Positions 26,270-35,937 of a stretch of DNA of 48,107 bases are shown here, piece after piece (within the stretch, counting starts at the first letter, position 1; each line of letters starts with the position of its first letter). The DNA is taken from the NCBI GenBank assembly GCA_039414375.1, contig JBCDGY010000001.1:1-48107 (forward strand). The letters are read 5' to 3'. A model generated the notes under the pieces. The model was not told the origin of the DNA and did not search any database. It saw only the letters and a list, made by a program, of their open reading frames with translations. Position numbers and translations under genes: made by a program. This DNA is from Bacteroidota bacterium (GTDB lineage: Bacteria > Bacteroidota > Bacteroidia > Flavobacteriales > Flavobacteriaceae).

Positions 26270-29200
26270 ATGAAAGCCGTTGAAACCACACATAAAGCCA
26301 ATACAATAACACAGGTTAAAGTCGAGGCATCCCAGGAGCAGGCTTCTTTAGCGCAAGATACTGCTGCGACAATGCCACTCTTTGACTTTGGGATACGTCT
26401 TGCACCCATCACTCCAAATGGTAATGGCATTGTACAACCCAAGCTAAGGATCAATAACCCCAATGACCGCTTCGAGCAAGAAGCGGATCGCATAGCAGAT
26501 CAAGTGCTTGCTTTTAAACCAGAGGTAGCGTCTTCCGCGGCGCATCCAACGGATGCTATTCGGCAACGTCCACTAGCGGCACAAATTAGCCGAGTACCCT
26601 TAAGGGCCCAACGCCAATGTCACAAATGCCAAGAAGAGGAAGAAGATAAAGTATTACAAACCAAACGATTTACTACCAAAGGCCCTAAGCAAAGTCAAAA
26701 CCTAGGGGCCCGCGTGCAACGTAGTCGTGGTAGTGGTCGCACGATGGACAGTACTACTGCATCCTATATGGGCTCCCGTTTTGGAACAGATTTTAGCCAG
26801 GTGCGTATCCATACTAATGGTTCGGCAGTACAGATGAACCGCGATATTAATGCCAAGGCTTTTACGGTAGGGCAAGACATCTTTTTCAACCAAGGGCAGT
26901 ACCGTCCAGATACGGAAAGTGGTAAACATCTGCTCGCTCACGAGCTCACCCATACCCTTCAACAACAAGGCGTATCGGGTGATATGGTGCAACGGCGGGT
27001 AGATCGCGTGGAGCTCAGCTGTGCAGCCAACCAGATCACCTTTGTGCACGATGGTGGGGCCACTACTTATGAATTGACCAACTGTAATGCCGAGGTGGGC
27101 ACCTATGATGCAGTGGTTACCGAAGGTCCCAATTCCATTGATTTTACCTTAGAAGATTATGGGGGAGGAGATTTTGATTTTGGTTATGAAGTGGGTCCAG
27201 GACAGGAGAACCCAAATACTTTTTTTGACAATCAGGGACGCGTCACCTTCTACATCATGGATGACCAGATGCAGTCCCTTGGGAATATTACCAGCCTTGC
27301 GGAGTTCAAAGAAATGGTTAAAGATGCGGGTATTGCCCGTCTGCATGCCAATAGGGCCGCTTTGCTAGCGTGGCGCGAATTTTTGGAAGATCAATTATCC
27401 CCAGGGCAACTACGACGCCAATTGCATGCAGAGCAAGAACTGGATTTGATGGAGACTGCCATTGCCGATGGAGAGATCGCTTTGTACGAAAGGCGTGCGC
27501 GAACGCGAAATCCCGCCATGCGCTATGTACAACAACAACAGATTGAAGGGCGGTATCGTGCTTGCACGGGATGCCATGCCACTGTACAAGCAGAGAGCTG
27601 GGGGCGACAACAAACACAAGTAGGACCAGCGTGGCGCACTGTAGTTGAGCAGATGGAAGCACATGTTGGGGATGAATCCTTAGATCCTACACCGAGACCT
27701 GAATTTTTACAAGGAGGAGGTAGCCGAGCAGTGTCCGAAGAAGGTCGCGAGCAAATCGACCGCTACCCCAGCACTACCCGCATAGCCAACGCCATTGATA
27801 CCATCGGACCCTATTTACAACAACTAGGGCCTGCAGGATATGAAATTTTGAGTTCCTCGTTATTATCTAGACTAGAAAGTTCAACCTCCTCAGAATCCAT
27901 TCAAGCCTTGGTAAGCGCACAGATCGAAAGGCGTAGAAACGATTACTTGCTATTTATCAGTGAGATAGAACAGCCAGACTTTGATTACATGATGCTACGC
28001 CCTGTAGTGAGGGAATTGTTACCGCTGGTGAGTCCAGAAGTACAGGAGATGGTGGAGGACGATATTGCAGCCGCCCAGGCATGGGATATTGTGGAGGGTA
28101 TTGTGGTGGGTGTTGCTACCATAGGTGCTTTATTATTGGCCATCTTTCCTCCTACTTCTGCCATTGGCATCGCTGGAGCAGCGGCTTTAGAAATAGGATT
28201 AGGGGCCTACGCCATTAATGCAGGTGTACAGTCTTTTGAACAAGGGCGGATACTCTCCTATGGTCGGGGGGCTGATAATGTGTTGGATCCCGATCAGCAG
28301 GATGCTGCTACTACCATGATGGTTATGGGGGTTTTTGAAGTAGTAATGGGAGCTATAGGCATTCGACAAGGGCAACAGATGTTGATTCGCTTAACGCGAG
28401 CGCGATCAGCGGCACAAGGAGCAGGACTCCTTAGACATGCCGAAGCCCAGGTAGGAGAAAACACCATTCGCATCAGCGATATCGATACCCCCAACCCAAC
28501 AGTTCGGGTAACCAACGCCGAAGGACGCGTTCTACAGGAAGGACCCCTTGAAGAATTTATGGGAACACCTAGGGCTGCCAATGACAATGCTTACTTCCCC
28601 GACCCAGAAAGTAATGTGGTAGCACTACCACAGCCACAACCTCGAGAATTGCCCATTGCCGTTGGTGAAACCAGACCATTACCAGGCTCTCGAATGGCGG
28701 ACACGCCCTCTGGACCAGTAGCATCGTCAAGAAGCGGTGGTGACCCCCCAGATTTGTTTGAGATTTATACCGGTTCTAGACTAGAACCTGTACCACCTCG
28801 TACTAGTTCTGGTACGCGCACCCAAGGACCCACTAGAATTGATGACGGTCCAGCAGGCACTATAGACGACCTATGGGTAGGTCGTCAAAGACAAACTGGT
28901 GTAAGCTTAGCACAAGACCATCATATTGCTTCGCGCTATAACCAGCAGTTGATTGATATTTTTGACGAAGTAGGCTTGAGTATCGAAGGACGCGCCAATC
29001 GGGTATTATTAGACGAACATGGGCAATTACGTGGTTTTTGGCAAATTGTCGATGATGGAGGACGGGTACGGTATTCGTACAAAGGGCATCATCCCGAATA
29101 CCATCAATGGGTATTTCGCAATTTGCAGCGAGCCAGAGGTACCAATCTCCCCATGGCAGAATCTCAACGAAGGGTTTTGAGTGCCTTAGAGCAAATGCGT

Positions 29201-29287
29201 GATATTGTAATACGAGAACCCTATATTCTAGAATATGGGACGGCTATGTTTAGAAACCATCCTGAACTGATTGCCATTACGTTCTAA
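26270..29287 (+). CDS. DUF4157 protein with transmembrane region and C-terminal AHH-type (HNH/EndoVII) nuclease-like toxin domain
   Basis: 'LLAHELTHTLQQ'; CxxCH (CTGCH); hydrophobic helices at about aa 607-700; 'AANDN'; C-terminal 'QDHHIA...GLSI...ANRVLL...KGHHPEYHQWV..NL'. Confidence 0.82.
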   Translation: MKAVETTHKANTITQVKVEASQEQASLAQDTAATMPLFDFGIRLAPITPNGNGIVQPKLRINNPNDRFEQEADRIADQVLAFKPEVASSAAHPTDAIRQRPLAAQISRVPLRAQRQCHKCQEEEEDKVLQTKRFTTKGPKQSQNLGARVQRSRGSGRTMDSTTASYMGSRFGTDFSQVRIHTNGSAVQMNRDINAKAFTVGQDIFFNQGQYRPDTESGKHLLAHELTHTLQQQGVSGDMVQRRVDRVELSCAANQITFVHDGGATTYELTNCNAEVGTYDAVVTEGPNSIDFTLEDYGGGDFDFGYEVGPGQENPNTFFDNQGRVTFYIMDDQMQSLGNITSLAEFKEMVKDAGIARLHANRAALLAWREFLEDQLSPGQLRRQLHAEQELDLMETAIADGEIALYERRARTRNPAMRYVQQQQIEGRYRACTGCHATVQAESWGRQQTQVGPAWRTVVEQMEAHVGDESLDPTPRPEFLQGGGSRAVSEEGREQIDRYPSTTRIANAIDTIGPYLQQLGPAGYEILSSSLLSRLESSTSSESIQALVSAQIERRRNDYLLFISEIEQPDFDYMMLRPVVRELLPLVSPEVQEMVEDDIAAAQAWDIVEGIVVGVATIGALLLAIFPPTSAIGIAGAAALEIGLGAYAINAGVQSFEQGRILSYGRGADNVLDPDQQDAATTMMVMGVFEVVMGAIGIRQGQQMLIRLTRARSAAQGAGLLRHAEAQVGENTIRISDIDTPNPTVRVTNAEGRVLQEGPLEEFMGTPRAANDNAYFPDPESNVVALPQPQPRELPIAVGETRPLPGSRMADTPSGPVASSRSGGDPPDLFEIYTGSRLEPVPPRTSSGTRTQGPTRIDDGPAGTIDDLWVGRQRQTGVSLAQDHHIASRYNQQLIDIFDEVGLSIEGRANRVLLDEHGQLRGFWQIVDDGGRVRYSYKGHHPEYHQWVFRNLQRARGTNLPMAESQRRVLSALEQMRDIVIREPYILEYGTAMFRNHPELIAITF

Positions 29288-29330
29288 GGGAATTGCTCAT
29301 GAGCAGTGCTTCCCTTGGAACAATTAAGCC

Positions 29331-32300
29331 ATGAAAGCAACGATCAACAATCAACATCAGCAACAAAAGCATGTGACTAACGTGCAAACGAAGCAAGATA
29401 CTCGGGGACAAGAAGTTTTGGAAATCCCTACCACACCCCTACATTTTGGTTTTATAACGGATCAACCCCCAATACTACCCACAGACCATGGCGTGGTTCA
29501 ACCCAAGCTGCGAGTCAATCCACCAAATGACTCCTACGAACAAGAAGCGGATCGTATGGCAAAAAAGGTCATGAGCATGCCGGCGGGAAATTTACAAAAG
29601 AGCGATACGACCCCACATATTAAAGAACGTTCTTTGGCTGAACAGGTGAGCCGATTACCCTTACAAGCCCAGCGCAAATGCCACCAGTGCGAGAAGGAAG
29701 ACGAAGCGCATATGGTACAAGCCAAGCATATGACCACAGCAAGACCAAGGGTCTTACCAAGCCTCAATACTCGTATTATGCGCAGTAAGCATAGCGGTAA
29801 GGCAATGGACCAAAGAACTGGGGCTTTTATGGCAGACCGCTTTGGCTCGGACTTCCAAAATATCCGCATCCATACTGATGATAATGCGGTACAGATGAAC
29901 CGTGATATTCACGCTCGAGCATTTACCGTTGGACAGCATATCTATTTTAATAGTGGTCAGTACCAACCCCATACCGAAAGTGGTCGTTACCTATTGGCCC
30001 ACGAGCTCACGCATACGTTACAACAACAAGCATCAGAAACCAATAGAACTGTAATTCAACGTACACCTGATCCAGAATCCCTCGGGCGCAGTATTGACCC
30101 TTCTAGTTTAGCACTCTCAGAGCTTCAGCAAGAGATACAATTAATCCAGAGTTGGCTCTCCAACCATCCGGATCATCCTGACCGAGATCTTTTGAGTTCA
30201 GCCCTAGCACAAATGCTAAACGAGCGTAATTCGAGAAACGCACCATCTTCAAACGGCTCCTCTAGTACCGTCCCATCAACTACAAACCAAAGCACTCCGC
30301 GAAGACGAAGACGACGTTCACGCCCCCAACCAGTAGGTGAGTCCCCTTTCAATAGAAGTATCGATCCTACAACCTTAGATGATCAGGAGTTACCAGAAGA
30401 AATACAGCGATTGCGTACTTGGCTTATAGAACATAACACCGACGAGGAAGCTTATTCCGAAATTCAGGATACGTTAAGTGCTATGGAGCATGAAATGGCT
30501 TCTAGAGACGAAAATTTAATGTCTATAGACGAAGGTGTAACACCTGAAAACCAGCCAGATTCCCTACGACAAAGTCTAGATACATCCATGATGACCCCAG
30601 AGGAATTGCAGGAAGAAACGTCGGCAGTCCAAGAATGGTTATTAGACAATCCCAATGCCGAACAACAACAAACCTCAGATGCGCTCAATGCCCTGGGACA
30701 ATTAGAGCAAGAGATTTCAACCCGTGTACGCCCTCCTTTTCTTTGGGGCTTGGACCAGAATACCAATCGTATTTATTTATCTATTACATCGCCAGGGACT
30801 AGTTCAAGGGCTCTTGCCACTTACTTATTTGGTTCTGCGGCAGGTATGGAACGCTTCAACACCACATTTGGTAATACCTCAGAATTTCTGCCCCAGGGCA
30901 CCAACTTGGTACTACCGGGTGCTACCGACCCAACTGCAATAGCTGATCTTAGAAATGCCCTGAGTTCTGGTCAGATTTTAAGAACTGAAGGCATTCCGGA
31001 AAGTGCAAACAGTTCAGAAACCATGGGCTATCGGTTTACTTATAATGGGGAAGAAGTTTTGCTAAACCAAACCCAACTTGATGGCCTGTTAAACGGCTTA
31101 AAAGTATACATTCAACGAAAAGCACAATCTTTAAAACTACAGGCTGAAAGTGCTAGGGATAGTATTCGTGAGCATATTGCCAATACCAATGGCGTAATTC
31201 GAGGTATTTCAGATTTGGCAGCAGGCCAATTTGTTCCGGGAGAAAACACATTTTACGTTCCTATCAATGGAGCCAACAGGCTGTTGGCCGCTCTTGAAGG
31301 GGAACTTACTCCCGAAATGATCAGCCGCAATGCCAACATGCTTCGTATAGTAGGCCAGAGTGTGGCTCACGCTCAACAGGTACGAGATCGGTATTTTAGG
31401 AATACCATTGCAGGAGCCGAAAGTACCGTAACAGCGTTGGAATTTGTCCGAGATGCCTCCTTTGGGGTGGCCATCGCTATTGGTGCGGTAGTTGCTGCAC
31501 CCTTAGTAGCTGGGGCAGTAGCAGGAGCAGGAGTCACAGGAACTACAGCCACGGTATTGACCATAGGAGGAACTGGAACCGTTGTGGGTACCGGAGCAGG
31601 AGTCCTTAGAGGAGGTAGTGCCTTCACAGGAGAACTGATATCTGGTAATTCTTTAGAAGATGCAGGAAATGCAGGACTACGAGAGGGGCAAAGAGGCTTT
31701 CGAGAGGGTTTTATTGCTGGTGCGGCAGGTGGTGCATCACGCGTATTTGCTCCAGCAGCTGGAGCCTCAGCACAAGTTGGGCAACAATTGTATAGAAGAG
31801 TTTTTGCAGAGGCAACTATCAATGGTGTAGCGGCCACTACTGACGCTCTAATTCAAGGGCGTTCTGCGGCCGAAGCTGTTCAAATAGGTCTACAAAGTGC
31901 TGCATTAAGCGTACCAGGCTCTGTAGTAGGCAATTCTAATAGTAGGTTAACTCGGGAACTATTGGGTCCGTTAACCGCAGCGGCAACCACTTATACCGGA
32001 GCAATTGCTAATGGCGCCTCTCCTCAGGAAGCCATCGCTCAAGCTACAGTTGCAGCTACCTCTAATGTAGCTATGACGCGAGCGAGCCATGGATCACAAC
32101 TGGATACCAATATGGAAAATAGAGGTAGGCAATTTGGAGAAAGACTCCGATCACGATTAAATCCTACCCCGGATATAGAGCCAACATTTTTACAAAGACA
32201 AAGGGCCTTCGCCTTGCGCCGTGAAGCCTCAGAATTGGAACAGCGGGCAAGTGCCCAAGAAGAAAATGCAGCAAGGATAGAAAGCTCACGTCCAGAAGGT

Positions 32301-32927
32301 GCCGCAAGGGCTAGAGCTATGGCAGAAGAGCTTAGAACAAGAGCTACTGCGCTGCGCAATGAATCTGAAGAGTTTGCAAGTGGTCGGCGATCCGCTACCG
32401 AAGATTTTCCCACCCCAGAAGAAATCGAGGCTGCGTTGGAATCCTTGGACAATGTGCAGCCAGAAATGGAAATGATTCAAGTTCCCTTGAACCAAAGTGA
32501 AAGGTCTGGTGATCTCCCACGGATCGTTCGTCCACTTTTACAAAGTCAAAGTGGGCATAGAGTTGTTTTTCGTGTTGAAGGAGGTGGTAGTAGAGATCTC
32601 GTACAAATAGGACCCAATGGTGAGATCAGATTAACCCAGGGTTCTACAATTCACTTGAATTTCGGTTCTTATGAAAGAGCTTTGGAATTCTTGGCTATGC
32701 GTGGACCTGGGTCTCGTATTATCGCTTTCGAAGTAGATGAATCATGGGTTCAATCGGCCCGTTCCAGTGCTATCCCAGAGCATCGAACAAAGGCACTTCG
32801 TGGAAGACAACCGCGATTGGTAGATGTTACCTATGCTGATGATCAACTTGAAATTCCATCTTCTATGGTCGGTGAACTGCAAGATTTTATAATTCCAAAT
32901 TCCGGAAGGGTAGTGCTTTCCCAATAA
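29331..32927 (+). CDS. DUF4157 protein with internal helical repeats, Gly/Ala-rich membrane region and a putative ADP-ribosyltransferase-like C-terminal toxin domain
   Basis: 'LLAHELTHTLQQ'; three 'RSID...L..EL.EE...WL' repeats; glycine-zipper segments; C-terminal 'VFRVEGG...LNFG..ERA..F...AIPE...PRLVD...DQLEIP...IIPNSGRV'. Confidence 0.8.
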   Translation: MKATINNQHQQQKHVTNVQTKQDTRGQEVLEIPTTPLHFGFITDQPPILPTDHGVVQPKLRVNPPNDSYEQEADRMAKKVMSMPAGNLQKSDTTPHIKERSLAEQVSRLPLQAQRKCHQCEKEDEAHMVQAKHMTTARPRVLPSLNTRIMRSKHSGKAMDQRTGAFMADRFGSDFQNIRIHTDDNAVQMNRDIHARAFTVGQHIYFNSGQYQPHTESGRYLLAHELTHTLQQQASETNRTVIQRTPDPESLGRSIDPSSLALSELQQEIQLIQSWLSNHPDHPDRDLLSSALAQMLNERNSRNAPSSNGSSSTVPSTTNQSTPRRRRRRSRPQPVGESPFNRSIDPTTLDDQELPEEIQRLRTWLIEHNTDEEAYSEIQDTLSAMEHEMASRDENLMSIDEGVTPENQPDSLRQSLDTSMMTPEELQEETSAVQEWLLDNPNAEQQQTSDALNALGQLEQEISTRVRPPFLWGLDQNTNRIYLSITSPGTSSRALATYLFGSAAGMERFNTTFGNTSEFLPQGTNLVLPGATDPTAIADLRNALSSGQILRTEGIPESANSSETMGYRFTYNGEEVLLNQTQLDGLLNGLKVYIQRKAQSLKLQAESARDSIREHIANTNGVIRGISDLAAGQFVPGENTFYVPINGANRLLAALEGELTPEMISRNANMLRIVGQSVAHAQQVRDRYFRNTIAGAESTVTALEFVRDASFGVAIAIGAVVAAPLVAGAVAGAGVTGTTATVLTIGGTGTVVGTGAGVLRGGSAFTGELISGNSLEDAGNAGLREGQRGFREGFIAGAAGGASRVFAPAAGASAQVGQQLYRRVFAEATINGVAATTDALIQGRSAAEAVQIGLQSAALSVPGSVVGNSNSRLTRELLGPLTAAATTYTGAIANGASPQEAIAQATVAATSNVAMTRASHGSQLDTNMENRGRQFGERLRSRLNPTPDIEPTFLQRQRAFALRREASELEQRASAQEENAARIESSRPEGAARARAMAEELRTRATALRNESEEFASGRRSATEDFPTPEEIEAALESLDNVQPEMEMIQVPLNQSERSGDLPRIVRPLLQSQSGHRVVFRVEGGGSRDLVQIGPNGEIRLTQGSTIHLNFGSYERALEFLAMRGPGSRIIAFEVDESWVQSARSSAIPEHRTKALRGRQPRLVDVTYADDQLEIPSSMVGELQDFIIPNSGRVVLSQ

Positions 32928-32938
32928 AAACCATCACC

Positions 32939-33583
32939 ATGTCTTCATTTCCTAGATCCCCAAAAATATTAAAAGGAGGTATTGTCCTACTCAATCCTCA
33001 AACGGCCGAAGTAGGTCAGATTATTCCTTTGCAGTACAATCCGGAAAGCATCACGCGTTCCCTAGAAGCAAGGAGTGCGGGTGATGGAAGCGACCCTACC
33101 GAAGCACTACGCCTTGCAGGACCTCCAAGGGAAACCTATAGTATCGAAGTAACCCTGGACGCTACCGACCAACTCGAAAATCGCGATCCTTTGAGCGTTC
33201 GCCATGGGCTACAGCCCACTTTGGCTGCACTAGAAAGTATTTTATATCCCAAAAGTTCCCATTTGGTGAGCAATCAAATGCTGGCTGCCATAGGAACTAT
33301 TGAAATATTACCTACCGAAGCGCCGCTTACTTTATTCATTTGGAGCAAAGAACGTATTATGCCCGTGCGTTTTACCGAGTTTTCCATCACTGAAGATGCT
33401 TTTGACGTCAATCTCAATCCTATTAGGGCTAAGATCAGTTTGAGCATGACCGTCCTAGGCTTAGATGACCTGGGTGATGCCAACCAAGGAAGTGGTCTAT
33501 ACATGGCCTATCAACGTGCAAAAGAAGAACTGGCTCGAAAATATAAAGGGGGCACCCTTGATACTTTGGGCATTAATTTATAA
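32939..33583 (+). CDS. CIS tube-initiator-like protein (Afp7 N-terminal-like)
   Basis: 'LQYNPESITRSL', 'LAALE', 'PLTLFIWS..RIMPV....SITEDAFD.NLNPIRAK'. Confidence 0.85.
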   Translation: MSSFPRSPKILKGGIVLLNPQTAEVGQIIPLQYNPESITRSLEARSAGDGSDPTEALRLAGPPRETYSIEVTLDATDQLENRDPLSVRHGLQPTLAALESILYPKSSHLVSNQMLAAIGTIEILPTEAPLTLFIWSKERIMPVRFTEFSITEDAFDVNLNPIRAKISLSMTVLGLDDLGDANQGSGLYMAYQRAKEELARKYKGGTLDTLGINL

Positions 33584-33586
33584 CCT

Positions 33587-33928
33587 ATGGACCCCATCCA
33601 AGCTTTATTATTACAGAACAACCAACAGGGAAATGGTTTTCCTGCCAACAGTCGGTATCACCGTGTCGACACCCAGGTGCACCAATCTAAAAATCAAGGC
33701 GAAATCCGTTATTTGGAGCGACGTTTTGTCCCCAGGGCTTCTGATTTAACAACCCTACAACAGCACACCGTGAAGCAAGGGGAGCGGTTAGATAACATCA
33801 CCGCACAATATCTGAACGACCCAGAACTTTTTTGGCAAGTATGCGATGCCAATAAAGTCATGCACCCCCTAGAAATCACCGAACGTACGGGCCGTTTGAT
33901 CCGCATCACCATGCCGCAAGGATTATAA
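33587..33928 (+). CDS. LysM-domain baseplate 'glue' protein (Afp7 C-terminal/gpX-like)
   Basis: 'SRY', 'HTVKQGERLDNITAQYLNDPELFWQVCDAN'. Confidence 0.88.
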   Translation: MDPIQALLLQNNQQGNGFPANSRYHRVDTQVHQSKNQGEIRYLERRFVPRASDLTTLQQHTVKQGERLDNITAQYLNDPELFWQVCDANKVMHPLEITERTGRLIRITMPQGL

Positions 33929-35058
33929 TGTTTAAAGGCGCACACCTAACGCTCTTAATTGGCAAAGTGATCGCTCGGCCCGCACCTAAAATTGTAATGG
34001 ATGCGGTAACGGACATCCAAGTAACCAATAGCAAACAGCGTAGCGGATTTCAAATAAGTTTCTCAACAGGCAAAACCGCTTTATTAACAGAAGCAATGTT
34101 GCCGGCAGGTTACTTCGATCCTATTGTAACTCGCGTCATTATTGTAGTAACTCTCAATGGTTTTCCAAATGTGTTGATGGACGGATTAATCACCAACCAA
34201 GAATACGGCCCTTCTAACGATGCGGGGCAGTCTACCTTTACCATTACTGGGGAAGACCTTACACTGGCCATGGATCTCATAGAACTTACCGTCCCCTACC
34301 CTGGAATGCCCATTATTGGCATTGTCAATTCTATTATTGCGCGTTACGTAGTCCTGGGTATTGTGCCTGTGGTTATACCGCCTTTTATTCCCAATTTCAA
34401 AAACCCTACAGAGGGTTATGACATTCAAGAGGGTACAGATCGTGCTTATATCCAAGAACTTGCAGAAAGAGTAGGTTTTGTCTTTTTCCATCAAGCTGGG
34501 CCACTACCTGGTCAGAGCATCGCCTACTTTGGGCCTGATGTAAACTTACCAATTCCACAATCTGCATTATCGGTCAATTTTGACGCCCACAGCAATGTTG
34601 AATCTATGAGTTTCTCCTTGGATGGCTTAGCGAAAAAGATAAAGGTATTCACCATTTTTGATCCCGTCACCAAAAAAATACCTATTCCCATACCCGTACC
34701 CAACATCAATGCTTTTAAACCACCGATGGGCATAAGGCTTACCCCACCAGCCAAAGTATCATTCTCTAAAGACGCCGCCCCCATGAATCCGGCTGAAGCA
34801 GGAGAGGCTATCTTGGGTTTTATGATGAAAGGAAGCAATTCCACTTCAGTTACCGCTACAGGTTCTTTAGATGTCGCACGCTATGGGAAAATATTAAGGG
34901 CACGGATGATGGTAGGTGTTCGTGGCGCTAGTCTGGCCTACGACGGTATGTATTACGTAGATAGCGTTACCCACAGCATTAAAAAAGGGGAATACAAACA
35001 GAGTTTTTCCCTTTCTAGAGATGGCCTAATTTCTAATACCCCCCTAGTAAGACCATGA
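33928..35058 (+). CDS. Baseplate hub (gp27/gpD-like, VgrG N-terminal equivalent)
   Basis: 'TITGEDLT.AMD', 'TDRAYIQELAERVGF', 'RYGKILRAR..VGVRG....DG.YYVDSVTHSI....YKQSFSL.R'. Confidence 0.85.
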   Translation: MFKGAHLTLLIGKVIARPAPKIVMDAVTDIQVTNSKQRSGFQISFSTGKTALLTEAMLPAGYFDPIVTRVIIVVTLNGFPNVLMDGLITNQEYGPSNDAGQSTFTITGEDLTLAMDLIELTVPYPGMPIIGIVNSIIARYVVLGIVPVVIPPFIPNFKNPTEGYDIQEGTDRAYIQELAERVGFVFFHQAGPLPGQSIAYFGPDVNLPIPQSALSVNFDAHSNVESMSFSLDGLAKKIKVFTIFDPVTKKIPIPIPVPNINAFKPPMGIRLTPPAKVSFSKDAAPMNPAEAGEAILGFMMKGSNSTSVTATGSLDVARYGKILRARMMVGVRGASLAYDGMYYVDSVTHSIKKGEYKQSFSLSRDGLISNTPLVRP

Positions 35059-35570
35059 GTGAATATATCGGAAAATTTAGAGGCACCGTACTCAACAATT
35101 TAGACCCCATGCAACGGGGCCGTCTGCAATTGCTAGTCCCAGATGTTACTGGACTATTGCCCTCTACTTGGGCGGAGGCGTGTATCCCTTTGGCAGGGCC
35201 TACTGGCCCACCCATGGGCACCTTTTTTGTACCCCCTATTGGGGCCGGGGTATGGGTAGAGTTCGAGCATGGCCAAGTAGACAAACCCATTTGGACAGGA
35301 TGCCGATGGGGCGCTCCCTCAGATATTCCCCCACTCGCCAAAGCGGGTATCCCAGCGGCTCCTAGTATTGTTATGCAAACCTTAGGGCAAAATAGCATTG
35401 CGATTAGCGACTTACCAGGACCTACTGGGGGTATCATGCTTAAGAGCACGACAGGGGCCTCTATTACTGTAAATGATACGGGCATCTACATTCAAAATGG
35501 AAAAGGCGCTAGTCTTACCATGATCGGGAAGATTGTAGCCATTAATAACGACGGTTTAATCGTCACCTAA
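35055..35570 (+). CDS. Spike protein (gp5/gpV OB-fold)
   Basis: 'GKFRGTV.NN.DP..RGRL...VPDV', 'PPIGAGVWVEFEHG..DKPIWTG'. Confidence 0.92.
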   Translation: MSEYIGKFRGTVLNNLDPMQRGRLQLLVPDVTGLLPSTWAEACIPLAGPTGPPMGTFFVPPIGAGVWVEFEHGQVDKPIWTGCRWGAPSDIPPLAKAGIPAAPSIVMQTLGQNSIAISDLPGPTGGIMLKSTTGASITVNDTGIYIQNGKGASLTMIGKIVAINNDGLIVT

Positions 35571-35581
35571 ACCATTCATCT

Positions 35582-35905
35582 ATGCCAGGACCAATTGTAC
35601 ATTTAGGAGCTACCGTAACGTGTGCCCATGGTGGGACCGCAGTGCCTGCCTCTACCAGTACTCGGGTATTTGTACAGGGGCAACCCATTGCCCTGCAACC
35701 TATACCGTATAATATCGCTGGTTGTCCGTTTACTGTACCCCCAGGGAGTCCTATGCCTTGTGTAACGGGTATGTGGACCACCGGGTCTAAAAGGGTATTT
35801 TCTACCGGAATGCCTGTAGTGTTGTTTGATAGTCAGTCGACCTCGGTTCCCAATGGTACTCCCATGTTCATCACCAAAACACAGATGAGGGTAATCGGCA
35901 GTTGA
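35582..35905 (+). CDS. PAAR-like (DUF4280-type) spike tip
   Basis: 'GATVTCAHGG', 'IAGCPF', 'PCVTG.W', follows the spike gene. Confidence 0.85.
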   Translation: MPGPIVHLGATVTCAHGGTAVPASTSTRVFVQGQPIALQPIPYNIAGCPFTVPPGSPMPCVTGMWTTGSKRVFSTGMPVVLFDSQSTSVPNGTPMFITKTQMRVIGS

Positions 35906-35937
35906 GCAATCCAAGTGAGCTTTAAAGCACCTAAAAT

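Noticed and set aside
27563-27577. c-type cytochrome call from CxxCH
   Set aside because: Single motif in a protein with no export signal and a toxin-like architecture; heme attachment is unlikely
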